Of a DNA stretch of 64,000 bases, positions 18,953 to 29,005 are shown in pieces (positions within the stretch are counted from its first letter, which is position 1; every line of letters begins with the position of its first letter). The position numbers were made by a program, and so were the translations under genes. The notes under the pieces were generated by a model. It saw nothing but the letters and a program-made list of their open reading frames with translations. It ran no database searches and was not told the DNA's origin. The DNA is from a virus: positions 11,392 to 75,391 of IMG/VR virus record IMGVR_UViG_3300032092_000021; one strand, given 5' to 3'.

Positions 18953-20155
18953 ATGACTACTTCCTGTATATGCGTAACTCTAAATAGTTGTTTAACGGGA
19001 TTACCTGTTTACTATTATACGTGTAAGCAGTCGTCTCAACAAACTGTTTTTATTACGGGATTAGCTCAGGGTCAGTTAATTGAAATTAATGATGCAGCTA
19101 ACTTTCCTGAGACGTATTATACTTTCCAAAGTTTTTGCACAATACCCGGCGTAATATCTAATGCATGTAGAGCATGTACCGATTCACCTAATCAAATAGA
19201 AGATGACGCAGGACTCTCTATAAGCTTTTGGAGTAAGTCTAATGAAGCAACATGCCCAACCGATAACGCATTTAATGATGTGTATGTGCTTACTAATTGC
19301 TTAGCTAATGTAATAGTTAATAACAGTAATGTAGATTCTATTCAAAACTCCCCGTTGCTAGCTTTAGTTACATCTAGTGATCTGTATCTGTATACAGATA
19401 TGATTGTTAAGCTTGACGGGTATGATGATAATTGCTATAAGGTTTCTGGTCCATTTACACCTGGCGAGGGTGCCTCACTAAGACCTACTTATACAATAGT
19501 AAATGCGTATAGTACTTGTGAGTGCTGTCTACCTTTTCCAGCAGAACCTAGTTGTTGTGAGATACCTAAGTATACACAGAAACCTGCAAAAGATTTCTTT
19601 AGAATAACAGTATCTGATGCTGAGATTAAGGCAAACACAAACTTTGCAAACAACTACTATAAGTTGTTTATGGGTATAAAGCACGGAGTTCACAGCTGTT
19701 GCACAGGTATAGACTATGATCAACTCTGGATAAATAAAGAGATAAGTGATCTAGAAAGTATTAACTATAGTACTTGTGAGGTGATTCTTCCTACTCTATG
19801 TCTGTTTGTTACTGGAAATGATATCTGTGGATCTCAGGTTGCAACTTATAATGACTTTATCAATGGTAAATGGTCATTTAAGTTTACCCGTGAAACAGGT
19901 ATAAATGGTATCATTTATTGGGACATTCAAAACAGTTATTGGGTAATTGTTAATGAGGATACAGGTGTTATAGCAGCTAAGTTGTTGATAAACAGTGATT
20001 ATCCTATTGGTACAAATGATCAATGGGTTGTTGTAAATAAGTCAGCGTGTTTGTCACCTGACTGCGGGTTATCTACATGGACAGTAGATTGTTCTTACTA
20101 TGATGCAGATCCATGCGATAATTGTAACGAACCTGAAAATGTAGTAGCAGAATAA
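18953..20155 (+). CDS. Cys-rich structural/appendage protein
   Basis: 400 aa. Shares the Y.LTNC...DL..Y....VK...C..V...TCxxC repeat and the NG..F.F...I.WD...W domain with 17002. Confidence 0.6.
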   Translation: MTTSCICVTLNSCLTGLPVYYYTCKQSSQQTVFITGLAQGQLIEINDAANFPETYYTFQSFCTIPGVISNACRACTDSPNQIEDDAGLSISFWSKSNEATCPTDNAFNDVYVLTNCLANVIVNNSNVDSIQNSPLLALVTSSDLYLYTDMIVKLDGYDDNCYKVSGPFTPGEGASLRPTYTIVNAYSTCECCLPFPAEPSCCEIPKYTQKPAKDFFRITVSDAEIKANTNFANNYYKLFMGIKHGVHSCCTGIDYDQLWINKEISDLESINYSTCEVILPTLCLFVTGNDICGSQVATYNDFINGKWSFKFTRETGINGIIYWDIQNSYWVIVNEDTGVIAAKLLINSDYPIGTNDQWVVVNKSACLSPDCGLSTWTVDCSYYDADPCDNCNEPENVVAE

Positions 20156-20179
20156 AAAAATAATTAGTATATTAAAGAT

Positions 20180-21814
20180 ATGGCAGTTCCTATTAAATCA
20201 AACAACACGCAGCAGGGATGTAATCCCATTTCATCTAACTGCGTTGTATGGCAAGGACCAGATATTCCATGCATTAACTTATGCACTGGGGATTCTGTTA
20301 GCGACGTTGTTGCTAAGATGGCAACAGAGTTATGCGAGATAGCGGATCAACTAGATATTAGTCTTTTAGATCTATCTTGTTTTAACCCGCTATGTCCAAC
20401 TCCACAGAACTTTAGGGATGTAATGCAAATCATTATTGATAAGATTTGCGCATTAGAAAACGGAACTACTACTGATGGTGTTAATACTTCAGGTTGTCCG
20501 TCTGATTGTGAGATAGCGGTAGCACCGTGTCTTCAGTACACTGACTTTCTTGGAAACACTGTTGTAAGTTTACCTATTAAGGATTATGTAATTCTGATTG
20601 GCAATAGAATTTGTACAATACTTACTAGTATTGCTAATCTTCAGACACAGATTGATAGCCTTGATACAAGAGTTACAAATCTTGAAAATGGTTCTGGTGG
20701 TGGTAGTGGGTCTTCGTTTAATGTAACAAGTCAATGTGTTACTAATGGGTCCGTTACTCTAGCAGAGTATATACCACTTTTAGATGCAGCATTTTGTGAG
20801 TTACAAGGAAACTTTGGATCTCAGCAAGATTATCTTAATGCTTCTTCAGTAGCTGCTTGTGTTACTACAAACAGTGTTCAGATGACAAATCCTCCACAAC
20901 TTGTTGGAGCTTTACAGGGATGGTTACCATCTCCACAAAGTGCTATGCAGCAAATTCAAAATTTGTGGGTTGCCATCTGTGATATTAGAACAGGACTTAC
21001 TAATCTTCAAGATCAATTGACTGAGTGTTGTGCACCAGAAGCAGCTTGTCCCACAACTCTACCTAGACCTACTGTATATGTAAATAAAACCACTCCTGAT
21101 GATTTCTTGTATTTCAGAGTTTCTGGAAATACAAATCCAGCAAATACTGGAATTGTTCTTGCTGATGGTAGCCAGTGGGCACTCGTAAGATTTGAAGGTA
21201 CAGTTACACCATCATTTAATGGAAGTAGTCAAAGCATAACGCAGAATATACCAAATCCATCACTTTCTAGCAATATTGTTGATTACACTGGTAGCGAGAA
21301 TCTTGCTAATAGATTCTTGAATGTTCCTGGAGCATCTATTTCTTTAGTTGTTTCAGTTGTTGGAACATTCTTCTATAGAAATCTTACTACAAATCAAGAA
21401 TGTAGTGTGTCAGCAGCAAATAATGCAAACATACCTAACCAAAGTATTGCTACTTGTCCACTCTTACCTGGTCAAGCCAATCAACAATTTAATGTTACAC
21501 CTGTAACTATTACTTGTAATAATCCACAAGGTTCATCAATTACAGTATCATTAGGTGTGTTCCCGCCTGTAACAGCTCCAGGTGTAACAAATGCTAACAC
21601 GCTTGTAAATATTACTTATAATAGTACAGCTACAGGTACACAAGTTACAATACCTTACTCATTTAGCAACGGTGGCAGCATTGCTCTTAATAATATTGCA
21701 TGTAACTCAAGTGTGACATTTAATGCGATTAGTACTACACAAAATGGTCAAACGGTTCAGTGTGCTAACTCTAGTTCAATACCTATTCCTCCGGACACAA
21801 CACCATTGGGATAG
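20180..21814 (+). CDS. putative tail fibre protein (Cys-rich N-domain, coiled coils)
   Basis: SNCVVWQGPDIPC...GDSVSDVV motif, heptad stretch IANLQTQIDSLDTRVTNLE and a beta-rich C-terminus. Confidence 0.6.
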   Translation: MAVPIKSNNTQQGCNPISSNCVVWQGPDIPCINLCTGDSVSDVVAKMATELCEIADQLDISLLDLSCFNPLCPTPQNFRDVMQIIIDKICALENGTTTDGVNTSGCPSDCEIAVAPCLQYTDFLGNTVVSLPIKDYVILIGNRICTILTSIANLQTQIDSLDTRVTNLENGSGGGSGSSFNVTSQCVTNGSVTLAEYIPLLDAAFCELQGNFGSQQDYLNASSVAACVTTNSVQMTNPPQLVGALQGWLPSPQSAMQQIQNLWVAICDIRTGLTNLQDQLTECCAPEAACPTTLPRPTVYVNKTTPDDFLYFRVSGNTNPANTGIVLADGSQWALVRFEGTVTPSFNGSSQSITQNIPNPSLSSNIVDYTGSENLANRFLNVPGASISLVVSVVGTFFYRNLTTNQECSVSAANNANIPNQSIATCPLLPGQANQQFNVTPVTITCNNPQGSSITVSLGVFPPVTAPGVTNANTLVNITYNSTATGTQVTIPYSFSNGGSIALNNIACNSSVTFNAISTTQNGQTVQCANSSSIPIPPDTTPLG

Positions 21815-21867
21815 ATCCGTCACCATAAGCATTTAAACTTATAAAATAGTAATTAAAAAGATATACA

Positions 21868-22425
21868 ATGGCTTGCTCAAATAATACAAGTACTAGCACA
21901 AATGGTGGATGCGGATGTGGATGTACTCCTGCTACTCAGGTAGCGCCTGCGTGTGCACCAAAATGCGCGTCATCGGTTGCAGGAAACTGCATGGAGTATG
22001 TCAATGCTGCATGTACTGTAATGAATGATAGCATACTAGAGTATAGCATTCAGAAAGGTGATACAATAGAATCGGTTCTTCAAAGACTTGTTCTTGCTAT
22101 TACTAACCCGGGATGTGTTACAGCAAATGGTATATCATATTCTCCGATTCCTTTACAAAGTACAGCGACTACAAATTCTACTGTAAATATAACTTGGGGT
22201 GCATCTGATGCTAATCCTAGTGGAGATCCTGCATATGAAGTTCAGTATAAAGTAAACGATCCTATTATAGGAACATGGACATCGCTTCCATTACAAAGTA
22301 CTACTACAGCTACAATTACAGGATTACTTGCAATGACTTCTTATGAAATACGAGTAAGACCTGTATATCCAAATACACTTAATGGAAGTTGTTTTTCAGT
22401 AACTATAATTGTAACTACCGCGTAA
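21868..22425 (+). CDS. Cys-rich protein with C-terminal fibronectin type III domain
   Basis: VNITW...AYEVQYK....W......ATITGL...TSYEIRVRPV is a canonical FN3 pattern. Confidence 0.75.
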   Translation: MACSNNTSTSTNGGCGCGCTPATQVAPACAPKCASSVAGNCMEYVNAACTVMNDSILEYSIQKGDTIESVLQRLVLAITNPGCVTANGISYSPIPLQSTATTNSTVNITWGASDANPSGDPAYEVQYKVNDPIIGTWTSLPLQSTTTATITGLLAMTSYEIRVRPVYPNTLNGSCFSVTIIVTTA

Positions 22426-22426
22426 T

Positions 22427-25400
22427 ATGGCGTTCACCGCACAACAAATTGCCGCATTAAATCCCACCAAGTATGCCGCTGGTGATTATGGTAGCGTAAC
22501 TTTAAATGGTGTTGACTATCCTACTCTTGATATAGGAAATTTAACAGTAACATGCGGAAACTTTACTGTAACAACCCTTGCTGGTATTCTTCCTGGAATT
22601 ACACATTGCATTAATGGGACACAGTGGGCAAGTGCAGCTGCTTCTAATACTCCTGCGTGTGCTTTTGTTGATCCTGTTGCAGGCGGTAATGGAAGTATTG
22701 TTAGTGATATGTCTTTATCCCAGTCAGGGACATATAGTACTAAAGTTGTTAGAGGTTTACTTTTTAATTACCATGCTATTGCGGTAATTAATGCTTATCT
22801 AGCTACTCAAGCTGGTAACTGGAGAGTACTTACAGAGTGTGACGCTAAGCATATGAAAAACGCTTGGTCATATCCTGCTGGAGGTGGTTATGGTGGTTGT
22901 TCGGGTACTACTCGTTTTAATGCTATTGGTGTATCATCAGGTAATGTAGCAGGCAATACACCTGATAGATGTGCAAATACAGGTACAGTTACTGACTCAA
23001 CTGGTTTAGGTGCAGCTTTATTTACTAAGCTTGCTATGCCTAATGTAAATGCACCTAACGCTGCTATTACTAATAATAGCGGCTATAGTTTAGTGACAAC
23101 TGGATTTATTAATGCAGGCGGTACTACATCTGGTGCGGATAATGGAAATTATTGGACTAGTACACTTGCAGATAAACAATTCAGTCCGTCACTTAATGCT
23201 GCTAATAATGCTTGGAGAGGTTTTGCTGGATATGGTGCTGGCACCACCAGAGAAACTTACATGGACCACATTCCAAGTGATACTAATGCAGGAGGTATAG
23301 ATAGGGGATATGCTATAAGACTTTGTAGAACAAAGGTAACCCCTTATGCTTTTTCGGCTAGTCAAAATGTTCCTGCTGATACTGGAACTTTAGTACAAGG
23401 TCAGGCTATAGTAGTAAATGTAGCTCTTGATACTAGTACTGTTACTAGTACTATCGCCTACACAAACAGTATGGGTACTTGGAGAATTAACAAGTGCCAA
23501 GATGTTGTAAATGGAGTTACTGCTAGAGCAGGTACTGATATTGATCCTCCTGGTTGGGATAAGTTATTAAGTCCTGATCCGGGTAGTGGTGGTCCTCCAT
23601 TATCTGGTAATATTTTAGTTAGATTCTCAGGTACTCCGGCAGCTGCAGGAACATTTACTTGGAATCTTCCTATAGGTTGTCAAACAATTTCAATAACTAG
23701 AACTGTAGAGGCTCCTGAACCTGATATATCAACATTAAACTGTGCAGGTGCAAATGGTACTCTTACTCAAGATATTATAGAGGGTATTGCTGTTTCTCCA
23801 GGTACTACATTTACTGTAACTTATACTGGTGGTAACGGTATAGCATATCCCTTACAAACTTTTAACTCTACAGGAGTTACAGGTTTAGTTGCAACTCTTG
23901 CTGCTGGAACTTTAAGTAATGGAAACGGATCTCTTACGTTTACTGTTACTGGAACTGCTTCAGCAGCTGGTACTGCTGTATTTCCTATAACATTTGCAGG
24001 AGCATCATGTAATGCAAATATTACAGTTGACCCAGATAATGGTACTATCACAGGATTGACAGGTTGTACTAATGCAACTTTAATTAACGGACCTCTTGTT
24101 GCAAATACTGCAGTTGCTCCGGGAACAAGTTTTACAATAAACTATCAGGGTAATAACGGTCTTACTTTTAACCCACAGACAGTTACGTCAACAGGTGTTA
24201 CTGGATTGACTGCAACTTTTGCTGGCGGTACTTTTCCTAGCGGTAATGGTACGTTTAGTTTTACTATTACAGGTACTCCTGTTGGTAGTGGTACTGCATC
24301 ATTTGCGGTAAGTTTTCCTAGTCCAACTGGTGGAACAGTTACTTGTACTGTTACTTTAAATGTTGATCCAGACGGACCTGCTATTACAAGTTTAATATGC
24401 TCACCAACAAATCTAGTAGGTGGTCCTATTTTAGAAGGAATTGCAATATCAGGTGCATCATTTACAATATCATATAACGGTGGAAATGGTTTATCTTATT
24501 CTAGTCAAACCATTACATCCACAGGTGTTACAGGAATAACAGCAACTCTTAGTGCAGGTACTTTAGCAAACGGTTCCGGGCAGCTTACATACAATCTTTC
24601 AGGAACACCTGCCGATAATGGTACTGCTGCGTTTCTTATAAGTTTTCCTACACCAACAGGAGGAACTACAACTTGTACAGTAATTGTACCTGTTACTCCG
24701 GTTGTTTTACTAAGCTACATAGGTTGTGATAATGCAACTTATTCTCCGTCATCTCCACCATATACTATAGATACGCCAATATCAACCAACGTATCTATAC
24801 CATATACCTCAACACAAGGTGGTATTCTTGCAGCAGTTTCATATACCTCATCAGGTGTAACGGGATTAACTCTTACGTTAAATTCTACTACGGTACAAGA
24901 TAACGCTAACGGAGTATTTACAGGAACTCTATCTGGAACACCAACTCAAACAGGAAATGCAGTATTTACAATATGTGTTGGTGGATATTTAGGTCAGGGG
25001 CAAACATGCTGCACACTGACAATACCTATAGAGATTCCTCCACCAACTATTGGTACACTAGAATGTCAAAATGCTAGCTTTAATGGACAGATTCAGTATC
25101 CTCAAAGTTATAGTGTTGGGAATAATGTTACAATTATAATTCCATATACCGATGGAAACGGTGGAGCATATCCATATACTTCTGCTACATCCACTGGTGT
25201 AACTGGACTTACGATATATACCGGTCCTGGAAACTTTGCAGGATCACCATCACTTCCTCAGAATGGTACATTTACATTTACAGTAATAGGCACACCATCT
25301 GGTCCAGGAGTAGCTAACTTTACCATCAACATAGGTGGTCAGACTTGTGAGATTTCTTTAACTGTTACAAATTTACCGGGGACAGTAAATTCTTTAAATT

Positions 25401-28400
25401 GTACAGGAGCCACAACAGATATTCCAGTACAGTCAGGTCAATCTGTTTCTGGTATAACCATGTCAATACCTTACACAGGTGGTAATGGTGGTTTTTATAA
25501 CACACAAGTACTCCAGTCTATTCCTTCAGGTGTATTTGCTACACTGCCTGCTGGTAATCTTGTTAATGGAAATGGTACACTACAGTTATCTCTTTCTGGT
25601 ACAATGCCTATTGGTTTTATACCGGTTACGTTTCTGTTTCCATTTCCTGAAGGATCTGCTCCTTGTACACTTACATTAACTCCTCCTGTTGGACCAGGAA
25701 CAGCAGACTTAGATTGTAATAGTTTAATTGTTGTAGGTTCAGTTACATATCCTGATCCAATACCGGCAAACAATCCTATCATCCTCTACATAAACTATGA
25801 TAATAGTAATGGAGGATCATATAATGCTGCAACATTCCCGTCTTCACTTGCATTTAACGGGGTGGCTGGATTAACAGCAAGTCTAGCAGCTGGTCAGTTT
25901 CAATTAGGTTCTGGTACTTTACAACTAACTGTAACAGGAACTCCTCAAAGTTCTGGAATAGCATACTTTGATGTTACAATAGGTGGAACCACATGTACTC
26001 TTGAAGTACCCGTTGGTGCACCTGCTGGTGAAATAGACACTTTAAACTGTGAACCTAGTTCAATTTCTGTAACTGGAACTTTAACCAATGGGTCACCAGC
26101 TGTAGGAGTAACATTTACGGTTCCTTATATAGGATCTAATGGTGGTACTTATTCAGGAAATACTGTTAACTCAAGTAGTATTGTAACGGGACTTACTGCT
26201 ACACTTGGACCTGGTTTATTTAACCAACCAAATGGAAGCGTTACATATACTGTATCTGGAACACCACTAGGTTCAGGTCCTGCTACATTTCCTATTACTG
26301 TTGCGAACCAGTCATGCATAATACTTCTTACAGTAGATCCTATACCAGGAACTGCTAATCTAGACTGTGCTAATTCTACGTTTAGTGCAAATCCTGTACA
26401 AGGTTTTTCTACTCTTATAACGGGAGGTATTCCTTATACCAATGGTAACGGAGGATATTATGATCCTTATACTGATACTGTAGACGGATTAACGTTAACC
26501 ATTAACGATGGGTATTTTAATAATGGTTCAGGATCTGTTCCATTTACTATATCTGGTACAGCCACTGTATCAGGACCAATTACATTTACTAATATTCAGG
26601 TAGGTGACCAAACTTGTAATTTAACTATTATTGTTTCGGATCCCCCTCCTATTATTGATGACTTACTTTGTGATCAAGCAGTAATTTCAGGGTCGTTAGT
26701 AATTAACCAATCTGCATCAGGAGTTACCATTACTATTCCATACAATGGAAGTAACGAGCAACCTTATCCTGAGGATAGCAGCAACTCTACGGGAATTCCT
26801 GGTTTAGTTGCTACTACACCTGCTGGCACATTAACTGATCCTACAGGAGTTCTTGTATACACTGTAACAGGTACTCCACTCGCATCTGGAGTTGCTACAT
26901 TTACTATTACTATAGGTACGCAGACTTGTGTAATCAGCATACCTGTAAGTCCTCCAAATTTCTTTGGTCCATCAAATCCTTCTCCTTGTCAGGAGGTAAC
27001 CTATAATGATCCTGGTTGTGAAGTACTTGCAACCACCTGTACTATTCTTTTAAATGGTACAGAAGTGTCATACAGTACACTAAGTACTACAGATCCTTGT
27101 CAGGTATCTTTCCAGGTTCCTTGTGATACTGAGCCAAACTCAATTGCTGAGGTTACCTTTTTAGATTGTGAGGATAATATAATCACGATTGAAAACTTAC
27201 CTATTGGTGATGTTTTACCTGCATATCTTCTTCAAAACTTTGGTTGTCCAGGTGATCAAATTACAATAATTGATACCGGATGCATCTATACACCCCAGGT
27301 AAATGATATAGAAGTATGTTCAACTTTAGGTTGTGTTCCAATTACTACAGGTATAAATATCTTTAATAATCCACCACTACCCTGTAGTTTTACAGTTACA
27401 TTACCTTCTGTAATACCTGTAGCATCTTATCCTGCTACAGTACAGATAGTAGTTAATGGAGTTTCCGGAGAACTATTAAGTTTAGACTTTGAGCTTCAAA
27501 ATTGCGGAACTGCTGAAAACAGTTTTGATCCTATTCAGTGTGCTCTACCCAATGCTGAGGTAACATTTACAAATCCTGGTTGTGATATAGTAAACCCTGA
27601 TCTTACTAGTATTCTTGTAGATGGGGTATCTGCTACAATTACAGATATAAATACAACATCACCGTGCTCAGTTAGTTTTGTTCTTCCTGTTGGTGCTGGA
27701 CCTGGTCCTGTTGATGTTGAGTTTTTTGATATACTGGGTAATGTTCTTGGCACAGAAACTTATTCAATAGCTGCAGAAGGTGTTGGTTCCTTATATACTG
27801 TAACATTTACTCCACAGACTGAAGGTTGTCATAGAATATACTTTAGAACTACTGAAGTAGAATACTGCTATTATCAAGCTGAAGGTCCTTTTGAGATTGG
27901 TGTACCAGTAACAGTTACAATTGATTTGCAGGATTATGCTGAGTGTTTGGTTACTACCCCTCCTACTAGTTGTGATACCTTTATAACTGTTAATGGTTAT
28001 ATACAACCATGCTGTAATGCTGAAGATACTTTAGACAATAGAGTAGAACTTAACTGTGTACAGTATCTTACAACAGATTGTGGGCTATACTCTGTAGAGT
28101 GTTTATCATCTAACTGCGGTACGTTTACTAAATCAAACTGTTTTGCCTCAGGATGCACAGGAATAAATGACTTAACTGAATATGCATTTAGAGGTAATAA
28201 GAGTATACCTAACGACAAAGTTTATGTATGCTCTGAAGGAAATGGTGTTCAAAATACACCTAACTCTACCTATACGATAACTAAACTTTCTTCTGTAAGT
28301 GCATCAATTTACGGAGATAATATATTACCAAGTTTTCCTTTTGGTCCTGCAAACTGGTCAGATGGTGGGGGTGCTGAATGGAATCCTGTTGGTGTTTGTA

Positions 28401-28960
28401 CAGATTTTCTAGGTGACCATTTATTTGTTCCAGAACTTTCTAGCACTGGTATCTCAACAACACCTGGTGCTATACTTACAAATGGACTAATATATGAGTT
28501 TACTTTTATAATGGCTTCTGTTTTTCCTACTACTATTACTTTTAGTTCAGGTATAGGAAACTCAGTACCAGTAGCTTGCCCAGGAGGTGTTTATCCACCT
28601 ACAGGAACAACTTACCAGATAACGTCGCAGAATGGTAAATTAACAATATCTATCCCTTCTATAGGAAAAGGTACATGCTTTAAACTATTATCTCTCAGAG
28701 AAGTTACACCTAATGTTAGAACTACATGCTGCACTTGTTTTGGTGGCGAAGTTCAGATAGAGTTTCCTGAAGAAGGTCCTTACTCTATAGATGTATATTA
28801 TACTCAGTGTACAGATGAAGGTCCTCAGATTGCTACTGCTACATTAACCAATACTACAAGTGTTGTGAACTGCTGTACCTATGGAAGCATATTTCCTGTA
28901 AATAAGTTTGATATTCAGTATATAACGTCAATAATTTATACAGATACTCCAGCTTGTTAA
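22427..28960 (+). CDS. giant adhesin-like fibre: N-terminal FISUMP (Fib_succ_major)-like domain, 10 Ig-like repeats, IPT/TIG-like repeats and Cys-rich C-terminus
   Basis: INGTQW, GLLFNY, GNWRV, NSGYSLV..G, GNYWTST and GYAIRLC match the FISUMP pattern; repeats read directly from the translation. Confidence 0.7.
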   Translation: MAFTAQQIAALNPTKYAAGDYGSVTLNGVDYPTLDIGNLTVTCGNFTVTTLAGILPGITHCINGTQWASAAASNTPACAFVDPVAGGNGSIVSDMSLSQSGTYSTKVVRGLLFNYHAIAVINAYLATQAGNWRVLTECDAKHMKNAWSYPAGGGYGGCSGTTRFNAIGVSSGNVAGNTPDRCANTGTVTDSTGLGAALFTKLAMPNVNAPNAAITNNSGYSLVTTGFINAGGTTSGADNGNYWTSTLADKQFSPSLNAANNAWRGFAGYGAGTTRETYMDHIPSDTNAGGIDRGYAIRLCRTKVTPYAFSASQNVPADTGTLVQGQAIVVNVALDTSTVTSTIAYTNSMGTWRINKCQDVVNGVTARAGTDIDPPGWDKLLSPDPGSGGPPLSGNILVRFSGTPAAAGTFTWNLPIGCQTISITRTVEAPEPDISTLNCAGANGTLTQDIIEGIAVSPGTTFTVTYTGGNGIAYPLQTFNSTGVTGLVATLAAGTLSNGNGSLTFTVTGTASAAGTAVFPITFAGASCNANITVDPDNGTITGLTGCTNATLINGPLVANTAVAPGTSFTINYQGNNGLTFNPQTVTSTGVTGLTATFAGGTFPSGNGTFSFTITGTPVGSGTASFAVSFPSPTGGTVTCTVTLNVDPDGPAITSLICSPTNLVGGPILEGIAISGASFTISYNGGNGLSYSSQTITSTGVTGITATLSAGTLANGSGQLTYNLSGTPADNGTAAFLISFPTPTGGTTTCTVIVPVTPVVLLSYIGCDNATYSPSSPPYTIDTPISTNVSIPYTSTQGGILAAVSYTSSGVTGLTLTLNSTTVQDNANGVFTGTLSGTPTQTGNAVFTICVGGYLGQGQTCCTLTIPIEIPPPTIGTLECQNASFNGQIQYPQSYSVGNNVTIIIPYTDGNGGAYPYTSATSTGVTGLTIYTGPGNFAGSPSLPQNGTFTFTVIGTPSGPGVANFTINIGGQTCEISLTVTNLPGTVNSLNCTGATTDIPVQSGQSVSGITMSIPYTGGNGGFYNTQVLQSIPSGVFATLPAGNLVNGNGTLQLSLSGTMPIGFIPVTFLFPFPEGSAPCTLTLTPPVGPGTADLDCNSLIVVGSVTYPDPIPANNPIILYINYDNSNGGSYNAATFPSSLAFNGVAGLTASLAAGQFQLGSGTLQLTVTGTPQSSGIAYFDVTIGGTTCTLEVPVGAPAGEIDTLNCEPSSISVTGTLTNGSPAVGVTFTVPYIGSNGGTYSGNTVNSSSIVTGLTATLGPGLFNQPNGSVTYTVSGTPLGSGPATFPITVANQSCIILLTVDPIPGTANLDCANSTFSANPVQGFSTLITGGIPYTNGNGGYYDPYTDTVDGLTLTINDGYFNNGSGSVPFTISGTATVSGPITFTNIQVGDQTCNLTIIVSDPPPIIDDLLCDQAVISGSLVINQSASGVTITIPYNGSNEQPYPEDSSNSTGIPGLVATTPAGTLTDPTGVLVYTVTGTPLASGVATFTITIGTQTCVISIPVSPPNFFGPSNPSPCQEVTYNDPGCEVLATTCTILLNGTEVSYSTLSTTDPCQVSFQVPCDTEPNSIAEVTFLDCEDNIITIENLPIGDVLPAYLLQNFGCPGDQITIIDTGCIYTPQVNDIEVCSTLGCVPITTGINIFNNPPLPCSFTVTLPSVIPVASYPATVQIVVNGVSGELLSLDFELQNCGTAENSFDPIQCALPNAEVTFTNPGCDIVNPDLTSILVDGVSATITDINTTSPCSVSFVLPVGAGPGPVDVEFFDILGNVLGTETYSIAAEGVGSLYTVTFTPQTEGCHRIYFRTTEVEYCYYQAEGPFEIGVPVTVTIDLQDYAECLVTTPPTSCDTFITVNGYIQPCCNAEDTLDNRVELNCVQYLTTDCGLYSVECLSSNCGTFTKSNCFASGCTGINDLTEYAFRGNKSIPNDKVYVCSEGNGVQNTPNSTYTITKLSSVSASIYGDNILPSFPFGPANWSDGGGAEWNPVGVCTDFLGDHLFVPELSSTGISTTPGAILTNGLIYEFTFIMASVFPTTITFSSGIGNSVPVACPGGVYPPTGTTYQITSQNGKLTISIPSIGKGTCFKLLSLREVTPNVRTTCCTCFGGEVQIEFPEEGPYSIDVYYTQCTDEGPQIATATLTNTTSVVNCCTYGSIFPVNKFDIQYITSIIYTDTPAC
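23723..26956 (+). repeat. 10 tandem ~100-115 aa repeats (L.C...Y.GGNG..Y.....STGVTGL...L..G.....G.L...V.GTP...G.A.F.I..GG.TC)
   Basis: Counted by hand in the 2177-aa protein. Diverged at DNA level; each repeat has one Cys near each end. Confidence 0.85.
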
Positions 28961-28970
28961 TATAAATATG

Positions 28971-29000
28971 AGTCTAGCTTTTGTTGGTTTAAGCAAGACT
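28971..29000 (+). ncRNA. candidate regulatory hairpin (AGTCTAGCTT-TTGTTGGTTT-AAGCAAGACT)
   Basis: Near-perfect 10-bp stem with one A/A mismatch; the loop is antisense to leaders at 7678, 10878 and 16835. Function is inferred. Confidence 0.4.
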
Positions 29001-29005
29001 GCTAC

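Noticed and set aside
22427-23340. Diversity-generating retroelement targeting the FISUMP domain
   Set aside because: No reverse transcriptase and no near-identical template repeat seen in the window; the domain is N-terminal rather than at the usual C-terminal position.
23723-26956. CRISPR array or DNA-level tandem repeat
   Set aside because: Repeats are protein-level, about 320 nt long and highly diverged; there is no repeat-spacer structure.
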